A stretch of 59,134 nt of DNA, counting the filler, from Stramenopiles sp. TOSAG23-6 (Eukaryota): NCBI GenBank assembly GCA_900128565.1. It is 4 parts of 4 records of this genome, joined end to end, with 100 filler letters (N's around TTAATTAATTAA, not from the genome) between each part and the next. Parts side by side here need not be neighbours in the genome. Positions count along the whole stretch, not along the records: positions 44,476 to 59,134 come from LT636136.1; 3 more parts are not named here. One strand, written 5' to 3'. The notes under the pieces were generated by a model. It searched no databases and had not been told where the DNA came from. It was given only the letters and a program-made list of their open reading frames with translations. Of the stretch, positions 44,477 through 56,401 are shown one piece after another (positions within the stretch are counted from its first letter, which is position 1; the number at the start of each line of letters is the position of its first letter). The position numbers and the translations under genes are program-made.

Positions 44477-47400
44477 TCATTTGATTCAAATAGTAATTCT
44501 CGTGGTGGAAATCGTAACAGTAGTGGTCGGAATACAGCGCGTAGCGTAGATAGTATTGAAAGCGCATATACTGATATCACAGATCCAGGCACCAAATCTA
44601 AATTATCATTAAATCTTGCAAATATGGTATTAACCAATGAATCAAATGCTCGTGCTGCAAGTGCCCCAGCACATCAGAGAATACCACAAGTGTCTCTGAT
44701 GGGAAGACAGACTCCGAGGACACTAAAATCTTTCATTGAAAATTTTTTGACAGAAGATGCAAGTGCAATTAGTCTAGATATTGATTTACCAAAATATGCA
44801 AGTGACTCTGGTAATAAAGTTACAAATTCAATGCTACAAGAATTAGCTGAAATGGTACCAGAAATGACAAGTTTGAACCTTTCTGGTTGTCAACATATTA
44901 CTGATGTCGGGCTATGGGCCCTTGCACGATCCTGCACAAGATTAAAACGATTAAATTTCAAAAATATGCCTCAAATTACTCACGTTGGACTCCGGTCAAT
45001 CTCTCTTCGTTGTATACAATTGATAGAAATAGACATCAGTAATAATAGTGCCATGAACGACCAAGGAATTCGTGTTCTCGCAGCAGGTTGTACTGGTTTA
45101 AAGATATGTCGTATTTCAAACTGTATTGATGTTTCTGACCAAGGACTTATTGAATTAGCTCGTTGCTGTAAAGGTATTAAAACTGTAGATATCAGTGGTG
45201 TACATCGATTTAGTGAATTTGGAGACAAAGCATTATTAGAATTCAGTACATGTCCTAGATTAACTCAACTTAATAAGAGGTCTTGGAGTTGATACCTTAT
45301 TAAGAGGTTGTAAAGGAATTTCTTCATTGCACATGAGCAAATGCACAGCTGGGACACGTGACATGGTTGGCCCAGATGCTGTTGCAGCCAACACGAAGAA
45401 TCTTAGACATTTAGAATTAATCGAATGGCCAACTTTATCAAGTAAACATATTGAACACATAGTAAAAGCAAATAGAAATTTAACAAAGCTTAATGTATCT
45501 GGATGTATAAATTTGACAAAAAAAGCGATTCGTGCATTAGAAAATTGTAATTTTTTGACCGATGTTAACATTGCTCGATGTTCCCGAATGGGTGATTCTG
45601 CATTTGAGGCGCTAAGCATTTCCTTGCCAGATACATTGATAACACTGGATGCAACATATTTATCAAAGATTACTCATAGGGGCGTCACAAACATGCTTGA
45701 GCATTGCACAAAACTTACATCGTTACGTCTAACACCTTCACCCCAAGTTACAAGGGAGTATATGAAAGAACTTACATCGTCACCATTATGTGCATTTGTG
45801 CTTCCAGCCAATGAATGGTTTGGTTTAAAGCCCCATCCAAATGCAAAAGAATTGATTATAGAAGAAGAAAAACGTCGTTCGGAAAATGCAATGGCTTTTC
45901 GTATTCAAAACTTTTTCAAAGTTGTCAAAGATAGAAAACGCATGGTTGCTTTAAAAGCCAAACTAAAACGACTGAAAGGCATTCGAGGAATACAGTCATT
46001 ATATAGAGGCCATGTCGCTAGGACAAGAGTACGAAAAATTCTTTGGGACAAAAAGTTATATGGATCTGCGCGGAATATACAAAGATGTTACCGTGGAATG
46101 AATGGTAGAAGAAGATCTTTAAAACGTAAAAGAATATTAGAACTACGAGCGTCTAGAACAAAGTCTGCTATTGTTTGGCAATCTGGCTTTAGAGGTGTTC
46201 GTGCACGAAAATGGGTCGAAGAACATCGGCGGAAATTAGCTAAATACGAAGCTTGGAGAGTAACAGAAAAATATAGAGAAGAAAGATCTGCTTTGTTAAT
46301 ACAAAGTTGTTGGCGTTGTTACCTTGGGAAAGGCTTAGCTGAAATCGCCAAGCGTCATATGCTAGCGAAGCGAGCACATGAAAAACATGTTCAAGAATGC
46401 ATTTTATTCATACAATGTAGAATAAGAGTTTGGAAAGCAAGAAAAATACGAAATAGAAAGCAGCAACTTCGCAATGAATTTTTATTCATGAAAGCTGTAT
46501 TAAAATTGCAATGTAGATGGCGTGGTCGTAGAGGTCGTGAATATTATGAACGAATGCTTGAAATTCAGCGCAATAAAGAACTGCAACATAATTCTTCTAC
46601 TGTTATAGCTAGGGGTTGGAGAGCATATCGTTCAAGGCACACCGTGTTGATTCTTCGTTCTCTCAATGTTCTGCGTGAAGTTGAACAGCGTGCTGCAAGG
46701 TATGTGCAACGTGCATTCAGAGGGATGCAAGGGCGTCGACTGTTTAATACATATAAAAAATTAATCACTATGCGAACGCGGCAAAAAGAGTCAGTTGTAA
46801 TGATTCAGAGAGTTTATAGAGGCTTCAAGGGGCGCGAGACTGCTGAAGTTACATGGGCACAGCTACAAGCACGAAACAAGACTCAGGACATTTATGATCT
46901 TATTACTAAATATAGTATCCAGCGAAATCAAAAGAGGGAAATACGCATTGGCTTGGAGAAACAGTTTGATAAAGAACGAGCCAAGAGAGATTTCCTCCAA
47001 GAAGAAGTAAGAGTCTTAAGTCAAGTCAAGACAAAGTTTTTCGATTCTTCTTCACTCACAGGTGTCCATCAAAGATTCAAGACAAAACATTTAAGGATTG
47101 AATTGGCGAAACAGCTAGAAGAAAAAGAGGTCGACGTAAATTTATTAGATGAAAAGGTTGTTGCAATTGAAAATGAAATTCACGACATTGACAGAATATT
47201 AAGAAAGTATCGACGTGATGTGAAACCATTAGAAGATGGGGTAAAACGGCTTGCACTAAAGCGGCGTAATCGGAGACTTCGAGCTAGTATTCAAGCTCGA
47301 AAGTCATCAAGTATTAAAATCCAAGCTACATTTAGATGTTTTAGAGTTCGTAATGCTTTGTGGCGAAGTGCAGGAATAAATTATTGGGTAGAAATGGAAA

Positions 47401-49625
47401 ATAAGAAAGAACGTTCAGTATATTACTTCAATACCATGACTGAAGAGACATTACCATACGCTCCTGCTGAATTTTATATATTTGGTGTATCTCCAGTAAA
47501 ACCAATGAAATCTGGCTGGGCGGAATATTGGGATGCTGACGCAAACGAAGGAGCTGGTTCTAATTACTATTATAATGTACATACTCAAGAATTTAGATGG
47601 GAGCGCCCACCTGACTTTGATGCAGATAATTTTGATGATGAAGATGGAGCGGTTGATGAAGACGATGAATGGCTGACACAACAGGACTCAGCCGACCTGA
47701 GTAAGCGATCTACTCGAACAGGTCGTAAATTACAAGACTGGGAACAATTATGGGATCCAGAAAGTGGTCGAAGGTTCTTTATGAATAGTAAAACAAATGA
47801 AACTCGATGGACACTACCAGGTGAGTTAGCCGAAAATTCAAAAAAGACAGGTCGAAAAATAATACCAGGTTACCAAGAGTTATTCGATGAAGATTCGGGT
47901 CAAGTTTTTTATCTCAATACAGAAACAGGCCAAACATCTTGGAATAAACCCATTGCTTCAGAATGGTTTGATCAGCAAGATAAAGGCGAGCTGACCGACA
48001 GATCAAAACCTACTGGGCGAAGAGAATTTGATTGGCAAGAAATGTTTGACGAAGAAAGTGGACAGTACTTTTATTACAATGTAGAGACTGATGAAAGTCA
48101 ATGGACAATACCTTCTGGAAGGGGCAGAGATTGGTTTCGAAAGCAAGACAAAGATGCTATTGTAGAAACAGGAAAAAAAGGAAGAATGATTCACAACTGG
48201 GAGGAAAGAACTGATCCTGAAAGTGGCCATACATTTTATTTTCACTCTGAGACTGGGGAAACCACTTGGAGTCTTCCACCTGCACTAGCAGGGAAGATTT
48301 CGACGCAAGTACCAACGGGAGTTGTTACTGCGTCTACCAAATCTGGCATTGTTGAAATACCCGACGAGCACAAAATTATTGACTCAGAAGAAGTCATCGC
48401 GTGGGAAGGAGATGACTTCAAACCAAAACCTGGATCAAAAATAATTGAAAATGAATCAGAATATGAAAATAGTGCTAGTGAACTGGACAATGGTGATCGG
48501 AACGATAAAGATAGTCCGGAAAAAGAATTAAATGAATATAATGATCCATTACCAGACGACTGGCAAGAATTTGTTGATGATGAGACTGGGGCGTCTTATT
48601 ATGTTCACAAAGATGGTACTACTACATGGGACCGCCCTATCGTTGACTCTTTGATAGAAGAAGATATTGAAAACATAAATATTACCGATTCAAAAATAAA
48701 TAAGAGTATGATTGATGTAATCCAAGAAATTCCAGAAGAGGTGACGGAAGAGTTACTTGCAGAAAATATAGAGCAGAAAGAAACTGAAGCAGAGACATAT
48801 GACGAAGATGTAACTGATGATTGGGAAAGTTGTAAAGATGAAAGTGGAAATGAATATTTCTTTAATAGCAAAACTGGGGAATCTACCTGGGAAGCACCTA
48901 GTGGATTGAAAAAATTAAAAGCATTAGTAAATACAGGTATGTGGCAAGGGATTACTGATTCTGAAGTTGATACAACTGAAGAAGTTACAACACCTGAAGA
49001 ATGGGAGGAGTGTACAACTGAAAATGGCGAAAAATATTGGTACAACCAAGTTACAGCAGAATCTACCTGGGAAGCACCCAGCGGATTGAAAAAATTAAAA
49101 GCATTAGTAAATACAGGTATGTGGCAAGGGATTACTGATTCTGAAGTTGATACAACTGAAGAAGTTACAACACCTGAAGAATGGGAGGAGTGTGCGACTG
49201 AAAATGGCGATAAATATTGGTACTCAAACAAAACTGGAGAATCCACCTGGGAAGCACCTAGTGGATTGAAGAAATTAAAAGCATTGGTAAATACAGGTAT
49301 GTGGCAAGGTATTACTGATTCTGAAGTTGGTACAACTGAAGAAGTTGCAACACCTGAAGAATCTGCACAAAAGGAAGAATGGGAGGAGTGCGAAACTGAA
49401 AATGGCGATAAATATTGGTACTCAAATAAAAGTGGAGAATCTACCTGGGAAGCACCAAGTGGATTGAAAAAATTAAAAGCATTAGTAAATACAGGTATGT
49501 GGCAAGGCATTACTGATTCTGAAGTTGATACAACTGAATTAAAATCAGATGAAGAAGTATGTTATGATGGTGAGGGGAATGCTTATATATACAACAAAGT
49601 GACAGGTGAGAGTACCTGGGTATAA
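44477..49625 (+). CDS. Large LRR (FBXL/AMN1-type) + IQ motifs + coiled-coil + multiple WW domain protein (5' partial; frameshift near 45275)
   Basis: LNLSGCQHITDVGLWALA LRRs; IQxxYRG repeats; more than 10 W..YY.N..T..T.W..P modules. Confidence 0.82.
48880..49537 (+). repeat. About 180-nt tandem coding repeat, each unit a WW domain + linker (x4)
   Basis: STWEAPSGLKKLKALVNTGMWQGITDSEV recurring four times with near-identical DNA. Confidence 0.9.
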
Positions 49626-49857
49626 ATGGTTGATTGAATGATGAATATGCTTATGATTAAGCATGTGAATCACATTCTGACTCGATTGAAATTTTCATAA
49701 TAATAAATGATTAAATATTATCTCAAATGTTTGGGAAATATAAATACCTACATATCTTAGAAATTGATCAATGAAATATTTTATCTATAATATATACACC
49801 AAATGTTCTTTATCGTGGTAATATATTTGACCCCAAACTCGATTATTATTACGTGTT

Positions 49858-49963
49858 TACTCTACAAGTTCTTGTTATTTAGCTATTAATATATCATTTG
49901 TTTTCATTTTTACTCTACAAGTTCTTGTTATTTAGCTATTCATATATCATTTGTTTGCATTTT
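49858..49963. repeat. 53-nt tandem duplication, intergenic
   Basis: TACTCTACAAGTTCTTGTTATTTAGCTATT... x2. Confidence 0.85.
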
Positions 49964-50011
49964 TAGGTGAATGACTATACCCAACGAAAATTGACTGTAA
50001 CGTCATAACAG

Positions 50012-51583
50012 TCATCTTCTACAATTACATTTCCCCCATTTCCCAAGACAAATCCAACAAAAATTGTGACCGCATCCATGAGGAGGACGACATGTCATGT
50101 GCATGCAACCTTTGTTTTTTTCTATCATTTCTCCACAATTTGGACACTTCTTACAATCACGTTGCTTTAGCCACTGCAAAGTTTCTGCACTAGGTGGGCA
50201 CGGTTCTTTGCCATGATCAAGATTGCCACATTCAATACAATACTTTTTTGTGCAACCAGGACATTCGACAATCCCATTGCCAATATCGCATTTCGTAACA
50301 ACACCTACTGCTCCACAAACACAACGTAAAACGGCCTTGCAATCTTTAGCGAGTGCAACTTTTGAATTCCGTGCTTCCTCGCGTTCGGCGATCTTCATGA
50401 GCTCCCATTCACTGAGATTAGCTTTGACTAGAGGCACAGAAAATAATGATTTGCATTTCGGCATTGGACAACTCACATCCGAAATGTCACCCGATTCACG
50501 CGATACTGTTAAATAATCATGAAAACATGGCTTGCAGATAAAGTGCATATCTTTTTCACCATTGCAATTCACACAATGATTGAATGCAAACTCGTCAAAG
50601 CAAATAGAACACTCAAATCCAGTGTCCTTGTTTGTTGATGTTGAGTCATCTTCTTCATTTAATAACTTGACTCTTTCAAGACCACTTAGAAAGCCCGAAT
50701 GTTTCCTATATGCACTAATTCGCTTATTTATCAGTAATACGAGTTTTTCATCTAGAAGGCCATTTTGGTCAGAATGATCTTTACCTTTGCCTTTACCTTT
50801 GCCTTTATCCTTGTCTCGTACATGTTTCAAAATACTAATTTTTGTTGGATTTTTTTCAAGTTTAGTTTCCTCATCAGCTAATCCTTTCAGCAAATCCCAA
50901 ATAGAAATTGTCTTTCTATTGTTCTCCTTTTCAAACTCAACACGCCACTTAGAGATGCTTGTTAAAGTAAAATCAGCTCCAAAAACTGAGACTAGCAGTG
51001 CTGTGCGTTTTGGTGCGGTTAGTCCGAAGTTCTTCTCAAGATCCAAAACACTTACCGATTTTTTACCTGATCGCATCGGTGGTGGTAGTGGTGGTGGCAA
51101 TGGCTTTTGTGGCGACCGTTTTCTTTTTCTTAGACGACGTTGTTGGCGTTGTTGGAACTTTTGTCGCATTCTCGATTGTTTCCATTGTCGAATAGACGAT
51201 TCTATGCTACTGCTCATCCTACTAAATGGATTCCGAACAGCCCTTTTTTGTCGCATAGACGACTGTATGCTACTGTTCCCTGCTAATTCTTGAATTTTAT
51301 TGTACAAAAATCCCCGTAAAAGGTTCCTATGAGAGCTACTAGATGAATTGCTGGATCCGTTGCTTCTAGAAAAGTTGTTGGTCGACTTGATAAAACGCGG
51401 CTCATCAGAGATCTTGTGATCGTTATAAAATCTACCAGAACTACTGGAACTTCCAGACGATTTGTTGGTCGACTTGATAAACCGCGGCTCATCAGATATC
51501 TTGCTTGAAGAACTTTTATTGCTAGAAATGAACTGAACTTCGTCATCAGAGCTACTCTCAATTATGATTGCGTCGCTCTGCAT
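50012..51583 (-). CDS. RBR (RING-IBR-RING) E3 ubiquitin ligase
   Basis: CSICFD...HFICKPC...CPMPKC; CPGCTKKYCIEC..H; KKCPNCGEMIEKNKGCMHMTC...CGHNFCWIC. Confidence 0.9.
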   Translation of the reverse strand: MQSDAIIIESSSDDEVQFISSNKSSSSKISDEPRFIKSTNKSSGSSSSSGRFYNDHKISDEPRFIKSTNNFSRSNGSSNSSSSSHRNLLRGFLYNKIQELAGNSSIQSSMRQKRAVRNPFSRMSSSIESSIRQWKQSRMRQKFQQRQQRRLRKRKRSPQKPLPPPLPPPMRSGKKSVSVLDLEKNFGLTAPKRTALLVSVFGADFTLTSISKWRVEFEKENNRKTISIWDLLKGLADEETKLEKNPTKISILKHVRDKDKGKGKGKGKDHSDQNGLLDEKLVLLINKRISAYRKHSGFLSGLERVKLLNEEDDSTSTNKDTGFECSICFDEFAFNHCVNCNGEKDMHFICKPCFHDYLTVSRESGDISDVSCPMPKCKSLFSVPLVKANLSEWELMKIAEREEARNSKVALAKDCKAVLRCVCGAVGVVTKCDIGNGIVECPGCTKKYCIECGNLDHGKEPCPPSAETLQWLKQRDCKKCPNCGEMIEKNKGCMHMTCRPPHGCGHNFCWICLGKWGKCNCRR

Positions 51584-51808
51584 CGTTTTACTCAATGCTA
51601 TATTCAATGAGGCCACTTTTTAAGTGTTGATGTCAACATCAGTATGCATCATTGATTTTCGACCGATTTTGACCAATTTCTAATTTGTTCTGAAAGTGAA
51701 ACAAGCTAAATTTTGACACGTGTGGTGGCAATGCGCAGCAATGTGACACAAACCTTTCAGAAAGACTTTTGACTCTCTTCGTTGTATAATATAGTTTATT
51801 AAACCACG

Positions 51809-53203
51809 ATGATTACCCGTGCTCTTAAACATGTAGCCCAAAGGTGTCATTTCAACTCTCGTGGCTTTGCATCTGCATCAGCTGCCGAAATTGAATTCGA
51901 TTTGGGAACCCCGTACAAGACTCATCTCTGCGACGGCCCAGCAACCAACACGGCAATGTCTTCGCGAGAGGAATTGCTTGGTTATTTGAAAGAAATGAAT
52001 GTTATTCGTCGAATGGAAGTTGCTTGTGATAATGAATACAAGACGCGTAATATTCGTGGGTTTTGCCATTTATATGATGGCCAAGAAGCCTGTGCTGTCG
52101 GTACAGAAGCTGCGATGAGTAGAGACGATGACTGGATTACTTCCTACCGTTGCCATGCGGCTTCCTACCTTAGAGGTGACTCTGTGGAGTCTATTATGGC
52201 CGAGCAGTTTGGTTTCGAGAGTGGAGTAGTTAAAGGCAAAGGAGGATCCATGCACATGTACAACAAAGAGACAAACTTTTGGGGAGGGGCTGCCATTGTT
52301 GGTGCTCAGGTTCCAATTGGTGCAGGTTTGGCATTCGCTAATAAATACAACGCAAACCATGGTGGTGAAAGGATGAATGTATCAATGGCATTTTATGGCG
52401 ACGGCGCTGCTAACCAGGGCCAATGTTGGGAAGCAGCAAATATGGCTCTTCTTTGGAAGCTTCCAGCTCTATTTGTAATCGAAAATAACATGTATGGGAT
52501 GGGCACTTCTGTTGAACGTCATAGTGGTCTCACAGAATATTATAAACAGGGTGGTGTTGTTATTCCAGGCATTCAAGTAGATGGTATGGATGTTTTAGCA
52601 GTCCGCGAATGCTTCAAGTATGCGCGTGAATGGGCTGCTACAGGTAATGGTCCAATGTTTATTGAGGTGAAGACTTATCGTTACCATGGCCATTCCATGT
52701 ACGTTTTATTTTTTTTTAATTTCGAATTTATTTTTTTTGTACGAAATTTCGTACCTAACAAAAAAAATAAAAAAAAATATTTTTTCACAATACATGTCGG
52801 ATCCTGGATTAACATATCGAGATCGCGACGAAGTGTCAGATATGAGAAGCACTCGAGATTGTATAGCTAAAGTAAAAGACTATTTGATAGGTGCAGATCT
52901 TGCAGATGAAGCTGAATGTAAAGCTATTGAAAAAGATGCTCGTAAAGAAGTAAAAGAGGCTGTGAAAGCCGCAAAAGCGGGTAAAGAGTTGCCACTACAT
53001 GTACGTTTCTATTATTTCAATTTCAAATTTATTTGCTTTGTACGAAATTTTGTACCTAACGATTTTTTATCCAAAAAAAAAAAATTTTTACAATACATGA
53101 AATGTACACTGATATATTCCATAAGGAGGTTCCAGAGTTTATTCGAGGTGCTCAAATGGAAACAAGTGCATACAAAGGTGTTTCATCACTACAACAACAA
53201 TAG
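51809..53203 (+). CDS. PDHA1: Mitochondrial pyruvate dehydrogenase E1 alpha (exons 51809-52698, 52796-53000, 53099-53203)
   Basis: IRGFCHLYDGQEA, GKGGSMHMY, YGDGAANQGQ, spliced TYRYHGHSMSDPG. Confidence 0.97.
52699..52795 (+). other. Non-canonical intron GT-AT (97 nt) inside YHGHSMSDPG
   Basis: AT|GTACGTTTT...GTACGAAATTTCGTACCTAAC...CACAATACAT|G. Confidence 0.93.
53001..53098 (+). other. Non-canonical intron GT-AT (98 nt)
   Basis: AT|GTACGTTTC...GTACGAAATTTTGTACCTAAC...TTACAATACAT|; gives LHEMYTDIF. Confidence 0.9.
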
Positions 53204-53450
53204 TTGTACTAGTGTAGGGTTAGGGTTAGTTGTAGGGTTAGGATTGAGCACATTGGAGTGCATTCGAGTCTTCGAAATGTTAAAGTATCATACGTATGGA
53301 AATGGTAAAGTATCATACCTATGGAAATTTCAATGTAGAATTGAAAATATATTTATTTCGTTGTATTCATTTTGTTCAATATAGAAAAGCAATAAAGAAG
53401 AAAATATTATTGGTTCGTACGCATATTTTATATATTGGGCTATATCTCTT

Positions 53451-55253
53451 TCAATGATTATTCATCCACGGCTTTGCAGTACTAGGAGAATTCTTCTTCA
53501 AAAATGTTGCAGATCCTCTTTCACTTAAAGGTAAATCAGTAGATCTTTTCCCCCATTTTCGCAACGGACCTGCGACAACTTCAGTAGAAGCAGGTAATCT
53601 TTCACTTCCATCAGAAGTGTATAATGCATTTTTATTATTTGTATTTGTAGAAATAGATCTTTCAGAGTTCGCATTTCCTGAAAAATAATCTACACTCCGA
53701 ATACTCGTTTGAGATTGAAATGTGTACTCATTGTTTTGCCTTGTAGTATCACGAAAAGAACTACCACCATTACGACCACCCTGTAATGGCGGCAATTGTG
53801 TCCTTGGTGATTGTCGGCTTTCAAGTAACGCTTGATTTATTAATTCAATTTTGTCAGATTTTAAACGAGTAAGAAGAATTTCTACTAACTTTTCTCTACC
53901 TATCAAGCTTAAGTCTGAAAAAGATGTTGGTGGTCCTTTTCTTCGATCAGGCAAGAGAGTTTTAGCAGAAGGTGCAAAATCACTTTCCGAAAAAAGTTCA
54001 TCAGGCCTTTCCGTCATTTGATGTCTTACATCTTCAGCTGCAGCTAACAACATAGCACATGTATTGCAAAAAAAAAAAAAATCATAAAATAATCGTTAGG
54101 TACAGAATTTGGTACAAAACAAAATTTGAAATTGAAATGATAAAAACGTACACAATTCGTCATGAGTCTCAAAATTTTGTACATTACATGCTTTGACCCG
54201 ATTCATTTCTTTTCGTAAGCGATGATTATTTTCTTGTGTACGTGCTAATCGAGACTCAAGAGCTTCCACTTTAACATTGACAGTTTGAAGTGCTTCGTCC
54301 GTACTTAATAACTCTTCACTCAATTTCTCGTCTCTGTCGAGCATTGATTTAGTAATATCCCGATTTTTATCATCTTTTACTTGAATTTTTTCGTTCAATC
54401 GTTTCAACAAACGTTGATAAATTTGAGTTTTCTTTGCAAATTCCAATTGCATTTGTTTATGCATATCAATTTCTTGTTGTTTTCTTCGACTTTCTTCTTT
54501 CAACGATTGAGTCTGTCGCATTAATTTTTCCATGGCTTTTGTTTGATATTTTAACTCTTTGCTCATTCTTGAATTTTCTTGTATTGCATCTCTAGTAGTA
54601 GAGTGAAGCATTAATTGACTGTGTTGGTATGCATTTTGTTTCGTTTCTAAAATCTTTTGCTCCATTTCCTCCTGTAACTTATTTTTTTCTGAAACTCGAC
54701 GTTTATCCTGTTGGACTAATTGTTTATTGGTGTCTTCACGAGCATTTTGCAATTCAGCTTCCATTTTACTCATTTTCAATCCGAAATCCTCTTTCAGCTC
54801 AATAAATTGTTTTAAGCTTTCTAACTCCTGATTTTTCTTTTGTAATCCAAGTTGCATAGTTGCAATAACTTCGTTTAATTCCTTAACTTTTTTGTTATAG
54901 GTTTGAGTTGATTCTTCGTCTGCCATTTCTTTTTCAGTCTTCATATTGATTAAACCCTTTTCCAATCTTTCAATCTCATTGTAATTGTGATCTAACTTTT
55001 GATTAAGAAAAAATTGTATATCTGCATGTCTCTTTTGAGCGTCAGCGATATTTTTTTCATGTTTCGTATTGCTTATAGTGAGTTGTTCCCTCTTTTTTTC
55101 TGAGTCCTCTAACTTGAATTTTAGGTCTTCAATGGTAAACTGTAATTTTATTAGCTCAGCATCTGGATGAGGCTCACTTGGAGCACCATCGCCTGCATCA
55201 CCCTCTTTCTCGGCTTCTTTGTCTTTCTTTTTCTTTCCCTTTTTCTTTGCCAT
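53451..55253 (-). CDS. Coiled-coil cilia/flagella-associated protein (CFAP157-like), 2 exons
   Basis: MAKKKGKKK N-terminus, long coiled coil, TTRDAIQEN, LSLIGREKLVEILL. Confidence 0.55.
54059..54151 (-). other. Non-canonical intron GT-AT (93 nt)
   Basis: GT|GTACGTTTT...TTCTGTACCTAAC...TGCAATACAT|. Confidence 0.85.
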
Positions 55254-55622
55254 CTTAAATATAAAGTGATAAAGTTATATTATTTAAATATCTATCTTTT
55301 ATTGACATGTCCAAGGAGAAGGGAAGGTCAAAAAGTAACCGTAAAGGGAACAAACCTGTTCGACACAAATCGTAGATATTCTCTTGAATAATTCTTCCAC
55401 CTATATAGCCAGGCGTTTGTTTTTAACTAGTGTCATTGCTGGGACATTAACTAATTTATCTGCGAATGAACAACAAATTCGGGATGTATTCCAACAAAAA
55501 TGCAAAAAGACTGTATAGATTGAAAACTGAAAGTATTGGAAAAATTTGATTGCTTTATAAAAAATAATGTCACTGTTCTTGTATAGTCAAGAGTTTCATA
55601 AAGAATATGCATTGTTCAAATT

Positions 55623-56102
55623 CTAATTCGGTCCTCGAACCACGGTACTAGAGGTGGTCGGGGTGCCGACTTCCGACTGTGGTGTGGTGATATTTTCGGT
55701 TTCCTGCTGCACCTGTTGAGGTTCTTCTGAATGAATTGCTTCAACAATTGCTGCATGTGCGTTTAAAACAGCTTGTCCTAGCATGTTCTCTTGACGTAAA
55801 GAATGTGGGTGCGCTTGTCCTGGCCACCCATGCAATACTGGTGTAGAAAACGAATCTGTGTTTGTACGAAGACGAAGACGGAAAAGGCGCGGACCCGTAA
55901 AATGACCTTGAGGTGTAAGTTCTGGAGAAGTTGGAGGAGTACTTGACTCAGGAGTTCCTGGTGAAGGGGGGGACCTCGCTGACTCATTCTCATCCGGTGT
56001 ATGATAACCATCTTCAGCAGCTTCTGTATCCATTGCTACAATTGTTGCAAATGGAATTTGGAAGAGAGTAAACAGAAAGGTGCTTGTGCTGATAAACTTC
56101 AT
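55623..56102 (-). CDS. Small secreted Pro/Ser/Thr-rich protein
   Basis: Signal-like MKFISTSTFLFTLFQIPFATIVA. Confidence 0.55.
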   Translation of the reverse strand: MKFISTSTFLFTLFQIPFATIVAMDTEAAEDGYHTPDENESARSPPSPGTPESSTPPTSPELTPQGHFTGPRLFRLRLRTNTDSFSTPVLHGWPGQAHPHSLRQENMLGQAVLNAHAAIVEAIHSEEPQQVQQETENITTPQSEVGTPTTSSTVVRGPN

Positions 56103-56401
56103 GGTAATAGTAGGTATATAGAAATCGTTGATCGATATACTTTTACGGTATATTTTGAAAATTGAACGGCAGTTGGTANNNNNNTAGGCAGTTGGTAAAA
56201 ACGTGATGCACTGAACAGAAAACACGAAATGTTGATATATTCAATCATCAAAAAATTGGCCACGATTAAAAAAATCCATTAATCTAATCATCGTCGGTCA
56301 ATGGACGAACTTCGGAAGAAGAAGTCAAAGTTCTATTTCTCTCTGTAGAAGTTATTCAATTTCACCAATTTCATCTTGAGGTTTTCCACCATAATAATAG
56401 T

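Noticed and set aside
52697-52793. Standard U12 AT-AC introns
   Set aside because: The donor is not ATATCCTT, several copies lack AT upstream or AC at the end, and gamma-tubulin intron 3 needs the GT register; kept only as an alternative hypothesis
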